Virus record (IMG/VR): IMGVR_UViG_3300014039_000035 | Direction: 5' to 3' (one strand) | DNA length: 64,000 nucleotides | Origin: an uncultured virus (IMG/VR IMGVR_UViG_3300014039_000035) | Lineage: Duplodnaviria; Heunggongvirae; Uroviricota; Caudoviricetes | Shown here: piece by piece, positions 44,552 to 55,851 of the stretch | Layout of the letters: each line of letters opens with the position of its first letter | Numbering within the stretch: the stretch's first letter is position 1 | Made by a program: the position numbers and the translations under genes | The notes under the pieces: model-generated | Databases searched by the model: none | The model's input: only the letters and a program-made list of their open reading frames with translations | What the model was told of the DNA's origin: nothing

Positions 44552-45784
44552 TCAGTTGATGATTAAAATGTTACCGCTTTCATCCACGAGCGTGTCACTG
44601 CCCGACACCGCCACCTTGTGGGCTTCCTTTATCTCAGATTCTGTGTAGATGTCCAGCCAGTCATCCCCGTAGTTCCTGCCTATCATCGTCTTGTCAAGCT
44701 CGAAGAGGGTCTTGCCCCCTTCATTGTGTTCCAACCCAGTCAGATAGGCAGAATCCGTCTTCCAGACAATGCGTATGATGCTCTCCGGACAATCAACCAC
44801 ATTGCCATCAGACTGCACCATCGCCTTGTCGAAGCGCATCACATCTATTGGAAGGATAGACGCACCGTTCGTTGGGCTTATCTTGTAGTCCGGATAGACC
44901 CTGCCAACAGAGAACTGGATCTGAGGAGCCGGGCCTTTATTTCCCTCTATTACAGCCTTGACAAGGAAATCCGCCTTGGCTATCAGCCGAAGGTCGAGCG
45001 ACACACCCGATGCAGACACCGACACCACTTCCGGATCGGCTGCCGTCATCTTCGTGAACTTGCTTGCCCCGTCAACGCGGTACAGCTCCAGCGAAAAACC
45101 AGAAGTCAGCTTTGTCCCAGCCTTATAGACGGCAACAGGGATAGCCCTGATGTAAGAGTTCTTATCCGTGGCCGCGGCCTTGGCTGAATCGCTTGCGGCA
45201 ATCAGCCCATGGGCCACCTTGTACTCGTACAGGTGCAGCTTGTCCTTGAAAGGGTTGTACTGGATGATCTGGTCGTCACCGATGCCTATCGAATAGGAAT
45301 CCTCCGACTTGTCCTGCGTGGACAGAAGGAACGTCTCCGTGGCAATCTGGATGTTCGTCCCAAGGCGCGGATCTGCGACCACCGCCTTGAACTGCAATGA
45401 ATATGGCTGCCCCGGAGGAACGTTCTTTCTTATCGTCAGGGCTCCCCGATAGTTGGAAGAGGATTCGTCAATTGAATAGAGAGCCGCCCCGTCATCCGTC
45501 GTCCCCTGAAAGTCCGGATGCTCTGAGATGAGCGTCCCGTTGACGTACCACCGCATCTGCGCAAGGACGGAGTTCGCATACTGGTTATCCCACGACCCGT
45601 CCGAGGCATTGGCATTCACCTGCGGCCAGAACTGCGAAGGGCTCGCTGCCCTGTCCGGGTCGTACTCCCCGGTTGCCGAGTTGTACACCTGCATGGCCGA
45701 AGACGCGGGCGTCAGGCACTCCACCGACACCGCCACGTTCAAAGGCGCGTAATCTATCCCTATTCGTTGCTTGTTGCTTTTCAT
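44552..45784 (-). CDS. tail structural protein
   Basis: QVYN..TGEYDPDR; TAACTTTG promoter just upstream. Confidence 0.7.
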   Translation of the reverse strand: MKSNKQRIGIDYAPLNVAVSVECLTPASSAMQVYNSATGEYDPDRAASPSQFWPQVNANASDGSWDNQYANSVLAQMRWYVNGTLISEHPDFQGTTDDGAALYSIDESSSNYRGALTIRKNVPPGQPYSLQFKAVVADPRLGTNIQIATETFLLSTQDKSEDSYSIGIGDDQIIQYNPFKDKLHLYEYKVAHGLIAASDSAKAAATDKNSYIRAIPVAVYKAGTKLTSGFSLELYRVDGASKFTKMTAADPEVVSVSASGVSLDLRLIAKADFLVKAVIEGNKGPAPQIQFSVGRVYPDYKISPTNGASILPIDVMRFDKAMVQSDGNVVDCPESIIRIVWKTDSAYLTGLEHNEGGKTLFELDKTMIGRNYGDDWLDIYTESEIKEAHKVAVSGSDTLVDESGNILIIN

Positions 45785-45812
45785 GATTTTAATTACAAAG
45801 TTACAAAAAATA

Positions 45813-48800
45813 TCAGAAAGCCAACGAGTAATTGGTTGTATCACCACTTGATAAAGTAGCTGTAATGGTGAACAACGTGCTGACCCCGATGTTACCAAGG
45901 TCGCTGTACTCCTTGCCATGCTCTATCGTTATGCTGCCGTTGAAATTCTTCGCCTTGTCAAGCAGCGCCCATGCCGCATCCTCTGTTGGGTTGCCGGTGT
46001 CACGGGCTATCTTCCAAGAAGTCACCTTCGAGGTGATGTCATCCCATCCCTTGTAGACGGTGCATGTGACGTTCAGCGATTCCCCGTATGCGAGCGTGTC
46101 CTGCCCCTCAGTGTCTATCTCCAGACGCAGCGGGAGGTTCAGGAACTGCTCGACCACACCGGACATGTAGATGTTGTTCAGATAGGCGGAGTAGCCGGTC
46201 ATGTTCAGATTGAACACGTTGAGATTGGACAGGTCGCCGAACTGCGCACCTATGTTGTCCTTGGTGAACTCCCAACTGTTCACGCCTTTCAGATAACGCT
46301 CGTAAGTCCTTGTCGAATAGCGTGATGTCTGCCTTGTCGTGTCTGAGAAGTTTCCGTAGCCGACGAAGTGCATCGCCTCGCAAGGATGATGTGTTTCAGT
46401 CCAAGTGTCGCTTGCCGGTCGAATGGCGTAGCGGAACACATGGTTGTCACCTGCAAGTATCTCGGTCACACGGAAATAAGTAGTGTAGAACCCGGAGAAG
46501 TAAAAGTTTCCGATGCCGTCGTCCGAATCCGCGAGTGCGTTGGTGTCTGCCGTGATGCCGTCGTGGTAGATGCCCATGCAGATGTCATCCAAGGCGACCA
46601 TACCAATCTCGCCTTCCTCCAAGTGAAGGTAGATGACTCCGGAGTTCAGCATGTTGCCGTCAGCGTCATAGTCCGGCTCCACACGCTCGATAATGCCGCC
46701 TCCCGAAGCGTTCCACCTGTTTCCTATCTGTATTGAAACTCGGTTGTACCGTAGTTCCGGAACTTCAAGGAAATGCCGTATGGTCAGCTCGTCCAACTCG
46801 CCCCGTCCCTTGGAATCAATTTTGCCGCCGAATCCGGTGATTCCGCTCGCATAATCGCCGAAAGACGAACCCTGCTGCATCGTGATGTGTCCCACGGCAA
46901 CGTCATCCTTCTCCTTTGAAAGATACACCATAGGCAGCATGGCGTTCTGCTGCTGAATCTTGTTGACCGTGGATTCAAGGTTCGCTATGATGGTCTCCGG
47001 CGACAAGGTGGAAGAGCCGGAAGACCTCGCCAAGACATTCTCGGAAAGCACCACATCGACGGTTGGAAGCATCACAGTGTCGTTCGCCCACGTTATCGTC
47101 ATTGACCGTATGGCAAGGAAAAGAATCTGACCGCCAGAGAACCGCTTGTCGTATATCTGCATCACAACGCCTGTCCCAAGGCGTGACATCAACGTTGCAG
47201 TCTCATCGCCGACAAGGGTATTGATTCGTATCTTATCCAGCTGAACCGCCCAAGTTGGGTTGGTGTAAGCCTTGCTTTCCAAGGCGGTCTGCTTCTCTTT
47301 GTTAAGTTTCTTCTCGGCCCACTCTACATAGATGTGCGGCATATCTATGCCGATGAAGTAGAAATGGTCACCGCCGACAGGCTTCGGGCTTGTTGCGTTC
47401 GGAAGGTATTTTCCGGTAGCCTCGTAGTCCACGTCGGATTTGGCGAGTGTGAGCATCCACTCTGAGGAAACGCCGTCGATAGTCTTTGTCCTATCCACGG
47501 TCGGCCAATCGACAATGGTGAACTCATAGTCGCTGCTTGCGGACATCCAGCCGTCGGAGAAAACCAATTTGGCCTCATTCCCCACACGGTCGCCAAGGAC
47601 AGGCTCCCACACACGCTTCATATATTGCAGGTCGGTCTCGCTTGTGCCCTGCGTGGTCTGGAACACGTTCTTTATCCAGACGTTGAAGGTCTGTGCAGTG
47701 TCTGCGCCGGATGCCACCTTGACGGAGGATGTCAAGGTTATGTTCTTGAATCCCACTTCTCTTGTGGCGCTCACCTCACCGCGAAGAATGGTATTGATTG
47801 ACACGACGAACTTTACCTTCAAGTGATAGCTCGTTCCTCCGGGAATGCTGCTAACATTGAACAAAGTGCCGTCACTGTCACGGACCGCGAATATCTCGGT
47901 CTCTTTCGGTTCATAAATAAAAGCAAAATCACGTGCATTTTTCCGCTCGACATAAGGCGAATAATCAATCTGCCCAATGAACCCTTCTGGAACACTGAAA
48001 GACGCCCCCTCTATTGTGACTGAATCTGTGACATTGCGGTTAGGCGTATAGGACTTGTTACTGGTCAAGTCAGCAAGCATATCCGGAAGTGATGTCTTCT
48101 TTTCGCCGCTCTCATCCGTCTCTACGCCGTCGCTTCCGTCGGTAATAGAACCCACGGCCACAATCTCGTCAATCCTGCCGTAAGGGTCAACAGTAACATT
48201 CTGGATTGTCGGGTAGATGTCGTCGTTGTCATCCAGTTTTCCCTGCCGCACGCCGTACTTGGCTATGGAATCGTCATCCTTGACATACTCCACGGGACGG
48301 AACTTCTCGTCTGTCAATCCTTTCTGATATGCCCACGAAGACGTGACCTCATCCGGCTCGGTTGTTGTAGGCACGGGATAATCGGCGTTCGCCGGGCGGT
48401 TCGGATTCCGCAGCCAACCTTTGACGTAATAACGGAAGTTGATGTCCAGAAGCCTCTCGAAATAGACCGTGGATAACTCGGCGCAAGCATCGGGGTCTCC
48501 GGCAAAGGCGGTGTTGTTCGGGTCTTCCTTCTTGAAGTATCTGTAAGGCAGATTCTTGTCGCCGCCACGGCCAAGAAGCTGGTTGTAAATATCCGCGTCC
48601 TCTATCTGCCTTTCGATGCGCGTGAGACCGCCTTGGTAGCCGTATTGGAATACATGGTCTTGTATGGTCTGCATCTGACCACCAACGGTTATGGTGTAGC
48701 CGTTCACGTCCTTTGTGACGTGCCAAGTCAGACCGTAGATGTCGTAGAAGACCGGAAGCACATCCCAAAGGTAGGTGTATTCTATCGACACGTCCTTGAC

Positions 48801-49259
48801 CTCTGGGGAAAGCTCGATGCCCTGCGCCGCCACGATTCGGAACTTGTTCGACCCGAAGTAGTAATCCAGCACACGGTTGAAGGCTGTGATGAAATCGGTC
48901 ACGTTCAGACGCAGCGACGCTATGTATTTGTCAACGATGACCGTGCCCACCTCGACCTCGGAAATCTCGATAAAGAAGTACCGTTTCAACTCGGACTCTA
49001 TCGAGGAAATAAAGGTAAGGTCAAGTATCGACTTCTGCGTGGTCGTGTCCTTCGTCGCCTGCGGAGTCTTGGTGTTCAGTATGAACTCCTCGCCGTTGTA
49101 GACCAGCTTCCACTCCTTGCTCTCGAAGTCGGGCGTCACGCCGCCGTCTATCTTGACCTGTGTGGTTATGGTGCGGCTGCCCATCTCCTCCAAGGAGACG
49201 GTCGCCTGACTCAACGTCGCATAGGACGGAAAATTGACCTCTGTAATGCCTTTAATCAC
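45813..49259 (-). CDS. tail tip / baseplate hub (Tal-like) protein
   Basis: 1148 aa after Dit; GGDKNLPYRY, IYPTI, LEVPELRYNR. Confidence 0.8.
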   Translation of the reverse strand: MIKGITEVNFPSYATLSQATVSLEEMGSRTITTQVKIDGGVTPDFESKEWKLVYNGEEFILNTKTPQATKDTTTQKSILDLTFISSIESELKRYFFIEISEVEVGTVIVDKYIASLRLNVTDFITAFNRVLDYYFGSNKFRIVAAQGIELSPEVKDVSIEYTYLWDVLPVFYDIYGLTWHVTKDVNGYTITVGGQMQTIQDHVFQYGYQGGLTRIERQIEDADIYNQLLGRGGDKNLPYRYFKKEDPNNTAFAGDPDACAELSTVYFERLLDINFRYYVKGWLRNPNRPANADYPVPTTTEPDEVTSSWAYQKGLTDEKFRPVEYVKDDDSIAKYGVRQGKLDDNDDIYPTIQNVTVDPYGRIDEIVAVGSITDGSDGVETDESGEKKTSLPDMLADLTSNKSYTPNRNVTDSVTIEGASFSVPEGFIGQIDYSPYVERKNARDFAFIYEPKETEIFAVRDSDGTLFNVSSIPGGTSYHLKVKFVVSINTILRGEVSATREVGFKNITLTSSVKVASGADTAQTFNVWIKNVFQTTQGTSETDLQYMKRVWEPVLGDRVGNEAKLVFSDGWMSASSDYEFTIVDWPTVDRTKTIDGVSSEWMLTLAKSDVDYEATGKYLPNATSPKPVGGDHFYFIGIDMPHIYVEWAEKKLNKEKQTALESKAYTNPTWAVQLDKIRINTLVGDETATLMSRLGTGVVMQIYDKRFSGGQILFLAIRSMTITWANDTVMLPTVDVVLSENVLARSSGSSTLSPETIIANLESTVNKIQQQNAMLPMVYLSKEKDDVAVGHITMQQGSSFGDYASGITGFGGKIDSKGRGELDELTIRHFLEVPELRYNRVSIQIGNRWNASGGGIIERVEPDYDADGNMLNSGVIYLHLEEGEIGMVALDDICMGIYHDGITADTNALADSDDGIGNFYFSGFYTTYFRVTEILAGDNHVFRYAIRPASDTWTETHHPCEAMHFVGYGNFSDTTRQTSRYSTRTYERYLKGVNSWEFTKDNIGAQFGDLSNLNVFNLNMTGYSAYLNNIYMSGVVEQFLNLPLRLEIDTEGQDTLAYGESLNVTCTVYKGWDDITSKVTSWKIARDTGNPTEDAAWALLDKAKNFNGSITIEHGKEYSDLGNIGVSTLFTITATLSSGDTTNYSLAF

Positions 49260-49746
49260 TTGTCTGTGCAGTTAGATTGAAATCACAAAGACTTGGTTTA
49301 GTCACACGTATTTTCCACTCCACGACCACCACATCGTGCCACTCACCCTTGGAATCGCGCCAGAAGTCCGTGGCCTCCGATATGGGGTAAGGATAGCCGA
49401 CAATCAAAGTCTTCTTATAGTCGTTGTAGAACCACACCCGCTTGAATGTCTTCACGCCGTTATCATCCTTGTCGAACAGCGCGGCGTTGAATGCAGCAAT
49501 CTTCTGGTTTGCGTTTTCAAGGCTGCCCTCAGCCTTGACGTAGAACTTGACCTTGTAATCGAACGCCGCGTCAACCGTCTTGGTCAGAAGATGCTCACCC
49601 TCCTCCTCCGGGTAGGCCGTGGACTCGAAAGCCTTGATGTCCGGGCCGAGGCGGTTGTCGGCTGACACATAGACAAGGCCATAGGTCTCGTCCGTGTAGA
49701 CCGGGCTTCCGTCACCGTCCCCTATTTTAAGACGCACTCTCAGCAT
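49252..49746 (-). CDS. distal tail (Dit-like) protein
   Basis: Position after the tape measure; YPEEEGE, YNDYK. Confidence 0.65.
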   Translation of the reverse strand: MLRVRLKIGDGDGSPVYTDETYGLVYVSADNRLGPDIKAFESTAYPEEEGEHLLTKTVDAAFDYKVKFYVKAEGSLENANQKIAAFNAALFDKDDNGVKTFKRVWFYNDYKKTLIVGYPYPISEATDFWRDSKGEWHDVVVVEWKIRVTKPSLCDFNLTAQTSD

Positions 49747-50116
49747 CGTCTTCCTCCTTTTTCAGATGACAGGTGTCGCAATCCGGCGATTCGTCATACT
49801 TCTCCTCAAGAAGAAGCACCGGACAGCCGTCACCCATATTCGTGTACTTGCACTTGCTCGCCCGTCTGATGCACTTGGACTTCTTGTCCAGCTTCGCCTC
49901 AAGACGCTTGTTCATCGCCCTTGTCTCCTCAATCGTGCCCTGCTGCTCCTCAATATATTTCTTCTGGAGTCCGAGAATCTGCGTCACATTGTCGAGGACG
50001 TCCTTGTCCTTCTTCTGACGGCTGCGCCAGACGTTACCGAACCACCCCATGATGCCCGTGACCAACGGAAGTCCGAGGTTCTGCAATATGTCCGAAAGTA
50101 TTGGTGTCTCACCCAT
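49727..50116 (-). CDS. putative holin-like protein (TM plus coiled coil)
   Basis: N-terminal hydrophobic helix, coiled coil, Cys-rich tail. Confidence 0.5.
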   Translation of the reverse strand: MGETPILSDILQNLGLPLVTGIMGWFGNVWRSRQKKDKDVLDNVTQILGLQKKYIEEQQGTIEETRAMNKRLEAKLDKKSKCIRRASKCKYTNMGDGCPVLLLEEKYDESPDCDTCHLKKEEDDAESAS

Positions 50117-50118
50117 AA

Positions 50119-50601
50119 TTATTTGGTATTTAGATATTTCAGACAATGCAGTCTTGCAGACTCCTCGGCCTCAACCTTGCTGTCACCATAGATGTAAAGC
50201 GGAACCCGGACAGGGTACGGCATATTGTCTGCGTTGCAGCTCTCCACTTTCATGTCGCATCCGTTGGCGAAATGCAGCATAGGGATTATCGCCTTGTCAA
50301 CGTTCAGCCCCGTGCGAATAGTCCCGGTGCAGTTGTGGAAGACATAGACCTGCTGGTCATCAAGGACCTCGCCGTCAAAGTGGCGGTCAACGAATACACC
50401 GGAGGCGTCGGCGTCGCTGAAATGGCGGCGTATAATCTCCAAATCGGGATAACCCTCCTTTATCGCCCAGTCCACGGTTTTCTTGTATAAGGCGACGGCC
50501 TCCACCTTGGACTGCACCTCCGAAAGCGCCGCGCGGTTCTCCCCGCACATGTGGTGCAGGGAGGCCTCGTGACGCAGCTGTTTTTTCCAGTCTTTCTCCA
50601 T
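50119..50601 (-). CDS. hypothetical protein
   Basis: 160 aa; TACCTTTG 4 nt before the ATG. Confidence 0.65.
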   Translation of the reverse strand: MEKDWKKQLRHEASLHHMCGENRAALSEVQSKVEAVALYKKTVDWAIKEGYPDLEIIRRHFSDADASGVFVDRHFDGEVLDDQQVYVFHNCTGTIRTGLNVDKAIIPMLHFANGCDMKVESCNADNMPYPVRVPLYIYGDSKVEAEESARLHCLKYLNTK

Positions 50602-50619
50602 GTCGCAAAGGTACGAAAA

Positions 50620-53600
50620 TTAACTCTTTGTGCCAACACAATGGGTGTTGATATTGGCCGACTTCGGCGTTATCACGCTGCGGATCATCTGGTATATCCC
50701 GGCGACGTTCTCGTCTATCCTGCTCATCTGCCCACGGAACGTCTCGTCGCCAAACTGAACAGAGGTGGCCTGCGGCGTGGCCACGGTGTTAGGTGTAGAG
50801 CCACCCTGTATCGCCACAAGGATAGCGGCGACGTTTCGGTCTATGTTCGGCATATAGGACATATAGAAGTTCTGCGTGTTGATGCCCGCCGCAAGGGCGT
50901 TGATGGACTCCTCGGAAGCACCGGCGATGTCCTTGGATATTCCGGAAAGGGTTGAGCCGGTGGCACGGATATTCATTCCGGCTGCGGTGAATCTGTCCAT
51001 CAAGGCGGTAAAGGATGTCTGTATATCCTCGTTTACCGCCGTGGTCAACTCCGCGATTTTTGCTATATCATCCACGGAAAGCTCACCATCCTCAGAATAA
51101 TCCTCAATGGCATCAAACACCGGCTTCAAGATTTTCTGCATCATCTGCCCGGCGACTGACTTCACAATCATGTTGTCTATCATCTCCTTGAACTTGTCCT
51201 TCATGGCCGATGTTGTGCTTGAGAACTCACGGTACGCGTCAATCCAAGATTGCGCAAAATCCTCAGCCGCGGAAGTCAAGTCTGTACCCGAAAAGAACTC
51301 GCTGAGCTGATGCTTCATCTCATCCATCTTCTCCAAAACGTCATCCATACTCTCTTCGTATTCCTTTATCTTGTCATCATCGGCCTTGTGCCCCTTGCTT
51401 CTTTCAGCGTCAGCCATCTTCTGATAAGCATCGGCCTGCGCTTGGAGGTTCTTCATCTGCTCTTGGTAGTTGTAGATGTAGTCTGAGCCGAATGAATCCT
51501 CCATAGCCTTCTCCAACCTCTTATACGCCTTTTCAAGATTGTCCACTATCTCTTGTTGATTCTCTATCTCGCGGTTCGCCTTGGCGGTGGACAGATTGCT
51601 CATTATCATGCCCAGTGCGGCGACAGACGCAATTATGGCGGAAATAGCAAGAACTACCGGGTTGGTCTCCAAAAGGGTGAACATTGCGTTGATGAACACA
51701 AGGGCCGTGCCAACCATAGTAAGACCGGCGGCGATGCCTTGCAGTACTGCTTCACCGTCAGAAGCTTCGTCAAGGTTCAGAATATCGGAAACAGAACTTA
51801 CGATTGAAGAAAATGTATTGAAAGTAGTGCTGACATCATTTACCGATTTCTCGGTAGATTTCATAGCCTTGCGCATAGAGTCTTGCGCTTTCTTATACTC
51901 TTGAGTACCTTTCTTACCCTCTTTCTCCAATCTGTTTGCCGTCTGCTTGGCCTTGATATAATCCTTTATACCTTTTATCGCGCCTTGGTAAGGATTTCTT
52001 TCCGTAATCTGCGCCTGCGCCTGCTCTAATGCCTGGACAGCCGCCTTCAACGACTCCGGAGCGTCACCGGAATCCTTCCACTTGTCGATGTACGAGGTCA
52101 GCAAGGCGATGAGGTTGTTCAGCGTTGCCGTTGATACGTTATCCATATCCTCGAACGCCTTTGTCCACTCGTAAGTGGCTTTCAACGCCTCCATTTCGAT
52201 ATTGGACACCTCCTTCGCCTCCTTGCTGGTTGAAGCCGCCTGCATCTGCGTCGAAGTGGCCTTGACCTTGGCTTTGGCGGCGGTTTTCTCCTCGGTGGTC
52301 TTGGTCGAATCCTTGTCTATCGCCGCAATCTGCTCCGCCTCCCACTGCTGAATCTCAACCCGTTTCTGTGCCTCACGCTGCTGCGTCTCGGTGATGCGCT
52401 CCTCGAAAGTTTTGTGCTTCTGATACGAGGTGACCAAATCTTTCAGCCATTGGGCGTTGTACTGGATTGAACTGTTGGCGGCATCTTGCAGCACCTTCTG
52501 CCACTCCTGCGAGAACTTGTCCAGATTGGAGAGGATATACCCGAAGTCCTGCGTGTCTATGGCCGCCTTCATCTCCGGGGTCTGGTCGGCTTCCGAAAGG
52601 CTCGCGAAAGCCTTGTCCAGCTGCGACTGAATCCGGCCCTTGAAGTCCTTTCCGATGTCGCCGTAGACCGAGACGGTCAGCGTCGTGGCGAGCTGCTCGT
52701 CTCCTGTCTGGCCGAGGATGTCGTTGTAGAAGTTGCGTGCAGCCTCGCTGTTCTTTAACTCGGTGCTGAGCTGTTTTATCGCCTTGTCAAGGTTCTTTGA
52801 CATCTGAGACGTGTCTATGTCAGTCTTTGCGTCAAAGATGGACTGTATCAAGGACTGATATTCACGAAGCACACCGGAATCAATTTTCAAACCGAGGAAA
52901 TCCAGAACATCACCTTTCGCGCCCTTCTTTTGCGCCTCGGCAAAAACCGTCTTCTTCAAGTCCTCGAACCAGCCGGAAAGGTCGGTCGCAGCGCGTTTCT
53001 GTTCAGCCGGGTCAATTCCCAAGGCCACACCACGCCCCTGCATAATGCTTCCCTCTTTCTGCAAAGCGGATGAAGCCGACATAAATTTCAGTAGGGATTC
53101 ATAACCCTTCTGGAAATCCTTCATGAACTTGATACGATTCTGCATCAATAGGATGAAAGAATCCTTTGTCGTGCCACCGCTGCCATTTGAAGCCGTCAGA
53201 TACATCGCATTATTGTCGGTCAGTATCTTTGTGTACATGGCAAGCTGCGCCTTTGCGTCAGCAAGGGCTGCGGCCATCTGTTCTTTCTTTCCTCCTGTAG
53301 CCGCACCATAAGCGTGCTGATAGAACTCGACTGCCTCTTTCTGTTCTTTATAGCCTTTTGCCGCATCATCGAGAGCGTCTTTCAGCGATGTGAAGTTCTC
53401 AATCTGCTCGTTGGTGAAGGCGCGGACCTTCTGACCGGTGCTTGACATCGTGTATGCGTAGCCAGTGAGGGACAGCCGCCATTTGTCATCAAAAAAGTCC
53501 AACCAAACGCCAACCTCACCGGAATAGCCTTCCAACTGTTTATTCGCGTCTTCGACTAACGTCAGATACTGTTTTATCTCGGCTTCTAGTTCGGTGATAC

Positions 53601-55851
53601 GCCGTCCACGTGCGGCCCGCTCTTCTTCGGTTAAATCATCTTCGTATTGTGTGTTATAAGGACCAAAACGAGTGATTTTACCGCGCTCCAGCTCGCGCGC
53701 TATCTTGTCACGTTCAACCTCGCGTTTTGCAAGTTCGGCCTCGGCACTTGTCTTATCTTGCATCAAGGCTAATTTTATAGCTTCTTTAACCGCGTCGTTG
53801 TTGGCTTGTATCGCCTTGGTATTTATCTTCAAAGAACCTGTCTGTGCATCCACACCAGCCACAGCAGATGGATAAGCCTTTGCCAAATCCTTGGTGATTC
53901 GAGTCAATTTTTTTTGCTCCTCCGCAGTCTTGTCCGTCTTCTTGCTTAACTCGTCATAAGATGTACACAAATCATCAATATCCTTGGCGTGGGACTTTGA
54001 CTGCTTGAAAGATTCCAAAGACTTCTCGAAATCATCAACGCTTATCTTCGCCTTGTTGGCATTGGTCATCAACTGATACAAGCCATACCCCAACGCCGTT
54101 ATCCCCGCTATCGCCAGAGCATAAGGGTTTTTAAGCAAAGCCGCCGTCATCTTGTAGAACGCCTTGGTGAACAGGTTGGTGGCAGCGGCCTCCCGTGTCT
54201 TCGCCGCCACATAGGCGTTGCTCAAGGCTATCTGCACCTTCTTCGCAGCAGTCTCGCCGAAAATCAAAGTTATGGTCTTGCTTATGCCAACCTGCTTTTG
54301 CCACTCAATCTTTAACTCGGCCAATTTCGCAGCAGTAAGTGCCTTGGTTGCCATTGAAGAAGCAATAACCGCCACTTTATATGCCGTCATAGACGCGATA
54401 ACCCCGCCAAGAACCTTGCTGACCGTTTGCCAATTATCCATCAATGATTTTGCAGATGAAATCATAAATTCCATGGCTTTATGAACAACCTTTGTGTTAC
54501 CTATCTCATCATACATGATAGCGACGGAATCCTTCAAGTTCATCCATTGGCCTTGCAGAGTCTCGGACTGCTTCTCCTGCATTTTGTAGAATATACCGCC
54601 GGCATTGGTCATATCCTCAAATATCTCCTTGACCATCTTGAAGGACACGGCGCGCTTAGATATAAGGTCAAAAACCTCTGCCGTGTTCACCATACGCCCG
54701 GAAAGCTGTGTGAACTTGTCGGCCAGCAACTCCACTAATGGGATTCCTGCCTCGGTGAACTGCCGCAGTTCCTGTCCACGAAGCACAGAAGCAGCACGGA
54801 CCTGACCATAGGCAAGGATTATACGCCCCATATCAACACCGAGACCGGAAGATATGTCTGCTAAGCGCTGTGTCGTCTCAAATAACTGGTCTGTCTCTAT
54901 TCTGTACGCAGAAAGCTGCTTGGTGTAAGACACCAAGTCTTTGATTTCAAAAGGAGATTTGATAGCTGCGGCCTTAATCTGTTTAAAGAGTTCGCTCGCC
55001 TTGTCACTATCCTGTATGATGCCGCCCAAGGCTACCCTCTGCATCTCGAACTCGGCAGTCACGGCACGGATGTTACGAAGAAAGTTCGTCACTTGATGCA
55101 ACGCAAAATAGGCTGCTGTACTTTTTATCAAGGTGCCGAGCCGTGAATGGCTTTTTGACAACTCCGTGTTATAGGTCTTCTGCTCACTTGTAGCTGACTT
55201 TATCTTAGCACGCACATCCGTCAGACGGGTCTCGTAATCCTTAAAGGCCGTAGAACCTATCGCCACCTGCCCCATAGCCGCCGACAACAAAGATTCCTGC
55301 TTACGGAGTTCATTCAGCGTATTTGCCGGAGCGGACATCATGAGTTTAGCGGGCATCATGAGTTTATTGTCACGTGTAGCCTGCGCACGTTTGGCGAGCT
55401 TGTCCTGCTCCGCCGCCCAGCGCGAGGTCAGCGATGCGTTCTTATCCAACGCCTTCGCTATCCGCTTGTATTCATTGTACAGCTCCTTGGCCTCAGCGGT
55501 CAATGCACCCCTCGCCGTGAACTTCTGTGCGCTGCCCATTTCCTCCCACCTGCGGTTCACCGAGGCGAGGTCGGCGGTCAGTTGCTTAATGCTTCCGTCG
55601 TTGGCAGACAAACGCCGCATCTTGTCGTTCGCCACGTCAAGCGACTGCGCAAGACCCTGCACCCATTTTGTCGCGTCTTTCCAGTCCTGACTGTCTATCG
55701 GCGCCTCGGCCATAAGTTGACGCGCCATGTTCAGTTCCTGTGACAGCTGCTCTATCGTGTTCTTCAACGGACGCATCGCCGAAGGCAGCTTCTTTATGGC
55801 GTCGTCAAACGCCTTGTCAATGTCAATGACTACCGGTATCTCCACCGCCAT
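50620..55851 (-). CDS. tape measure protein
   Basis: 1743 aa, Ala-rich helical; SPFE..DL...KQL.AY, GQELRQFTEAGIP. Confidence 0.95.
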   Translation of the reverse strand: MAVEIPVVIDIDKAFDDAIKKLPSAMRPLKNTIEQLSQELNMARQLMAEAPIDSQDWKDATKWVQGLAQSLDVANDKMRRLSANDGSIKQLTADLASVNRRWEEMGSAQKFTARGALTAEAKELYNEYKRIAKALDKNASLTSRWAAEQDKLAKRAQATRDNKLMMPAKLMMSAPANTLNELRKQESLLSAAMGQVAIGSTAFKDYETRLTDVRAKIKSATSEQKTYNTELSKSHSRLGTLIKSTAAYFALHQVTNFLRNIRAVTAEFEMQRVALGGIIQDSDKASELFKQIKAAAIKSPFEIKDLVSYTKQLSAYRIETDQLFETTQRLADISSGLGVDMGRIILAYGQVRAASVLRGQELRQFTEAGIPLVELLADKFTQLSGRMVNTAEVFDLISKRAVSFKMVKEIFEDMTNAGGIFYKMQEKQSETLQGQWMNLKDSVAIMYDEIGNTKVVHKAMEFMISSAKSLMDNWQTVSKVLGGVIASMTAYKVAVIASSMATKALTAAKLAELKIEWQKQVGISKTITLIFGETAAKKVQIALSNAYVAAKTREAAATNLFTKAFYKMTAALLKNPYALAIAGITALGYGLYQLMTNANKAKISVDDFEKSLESFKQSKSHAKDIDDLCTSYDELSKKTDKTAEEQKKLTRITKDLAKAYPSAVAGVDAQTGSLKINTKAIQANNDAVKEAIKLALMQDKTSAEAELAKREVERDKIARELERGKITRFGPYNTQYEDDLTEEERAARGRRITELEAEIKQYLTLVEDANKQLEGYSGEVGVWLDFFDDKWRLSLTGYAYTMSSTGQKVRAFTNEQIENFTSLKDALDDAAKGYKEQKEAVEFYQHAYGAATGGKKEQMAAALADAKAQLAMYTKILTDNNAMYLTASNGSGGTTKDSFILLMQNRIKFMKDFQKGYESLLKFMSASSALQKEGSIMQGRGVALGIDPAEQKRAATDLSGWFEDLKKTVFAEAQKKGAKGDVLDFLGLKIDSGVLREYQSLIQSIFDAKTDIDTSQMSKNLDKAIKQLSTELKNSEAARNFYNDILGQTGDEQLATTLTVSVYGDIGKDFKGRIQSQLDKAFASLSEADQTPEMKAAIDTQDFGYILSNLDKFSQEWQKVLQDAANSSIQYNAQWLKDLVTSYQKHKTFEERITETQQREAQKRVEIQQWEAEQIAAIDKDSTKTTEEKTAAKAKVKATSTQMQAASTSKEAKEVSNIEMEALKATYEWTKAFEDMDNVSTATLNNLIALLTSYIDKWKDSGDAPESLKAAVQALEQAQAQITERNPYQGAIKGIKDYIKAKQTANRLEKEGKKGTQEYKKAQDSMRKAMKSTEKSVNDVSTTFNTFSSIVSSVSDILNLDEASDGEAVLQGIAAGLTMVGTALVFINAMFTLLETNPVVLAISAIIASVAALGMIMSNLSTAKANREIENQQEIVDNLEKAYKRLEKAMEDSFGSDYIYNYQEQMKNLQAQADAYQKMADAERSKGHKADDDKIKEYEESMDDVLEKMDEMKHQLSEFFSGTDLTSAAEDFAQSWIDAYREFSSTTSAMKDKFKEMIDNMIVKSVAGQMMQKILKPVFDAIEDYSEDGELSVDDIAKIAELTTAVNEDIQTSFTALMDRFTAAGMNIRATGSTLSGISKDIAGASEESINALAAGINTQNFYMSYMPNIDRNVAAILVAIQGGSTPNTVATPQATSVQFGDETFRGQMSRIDENVAGIYQMIRSVITPKSANINTHCVGTKS

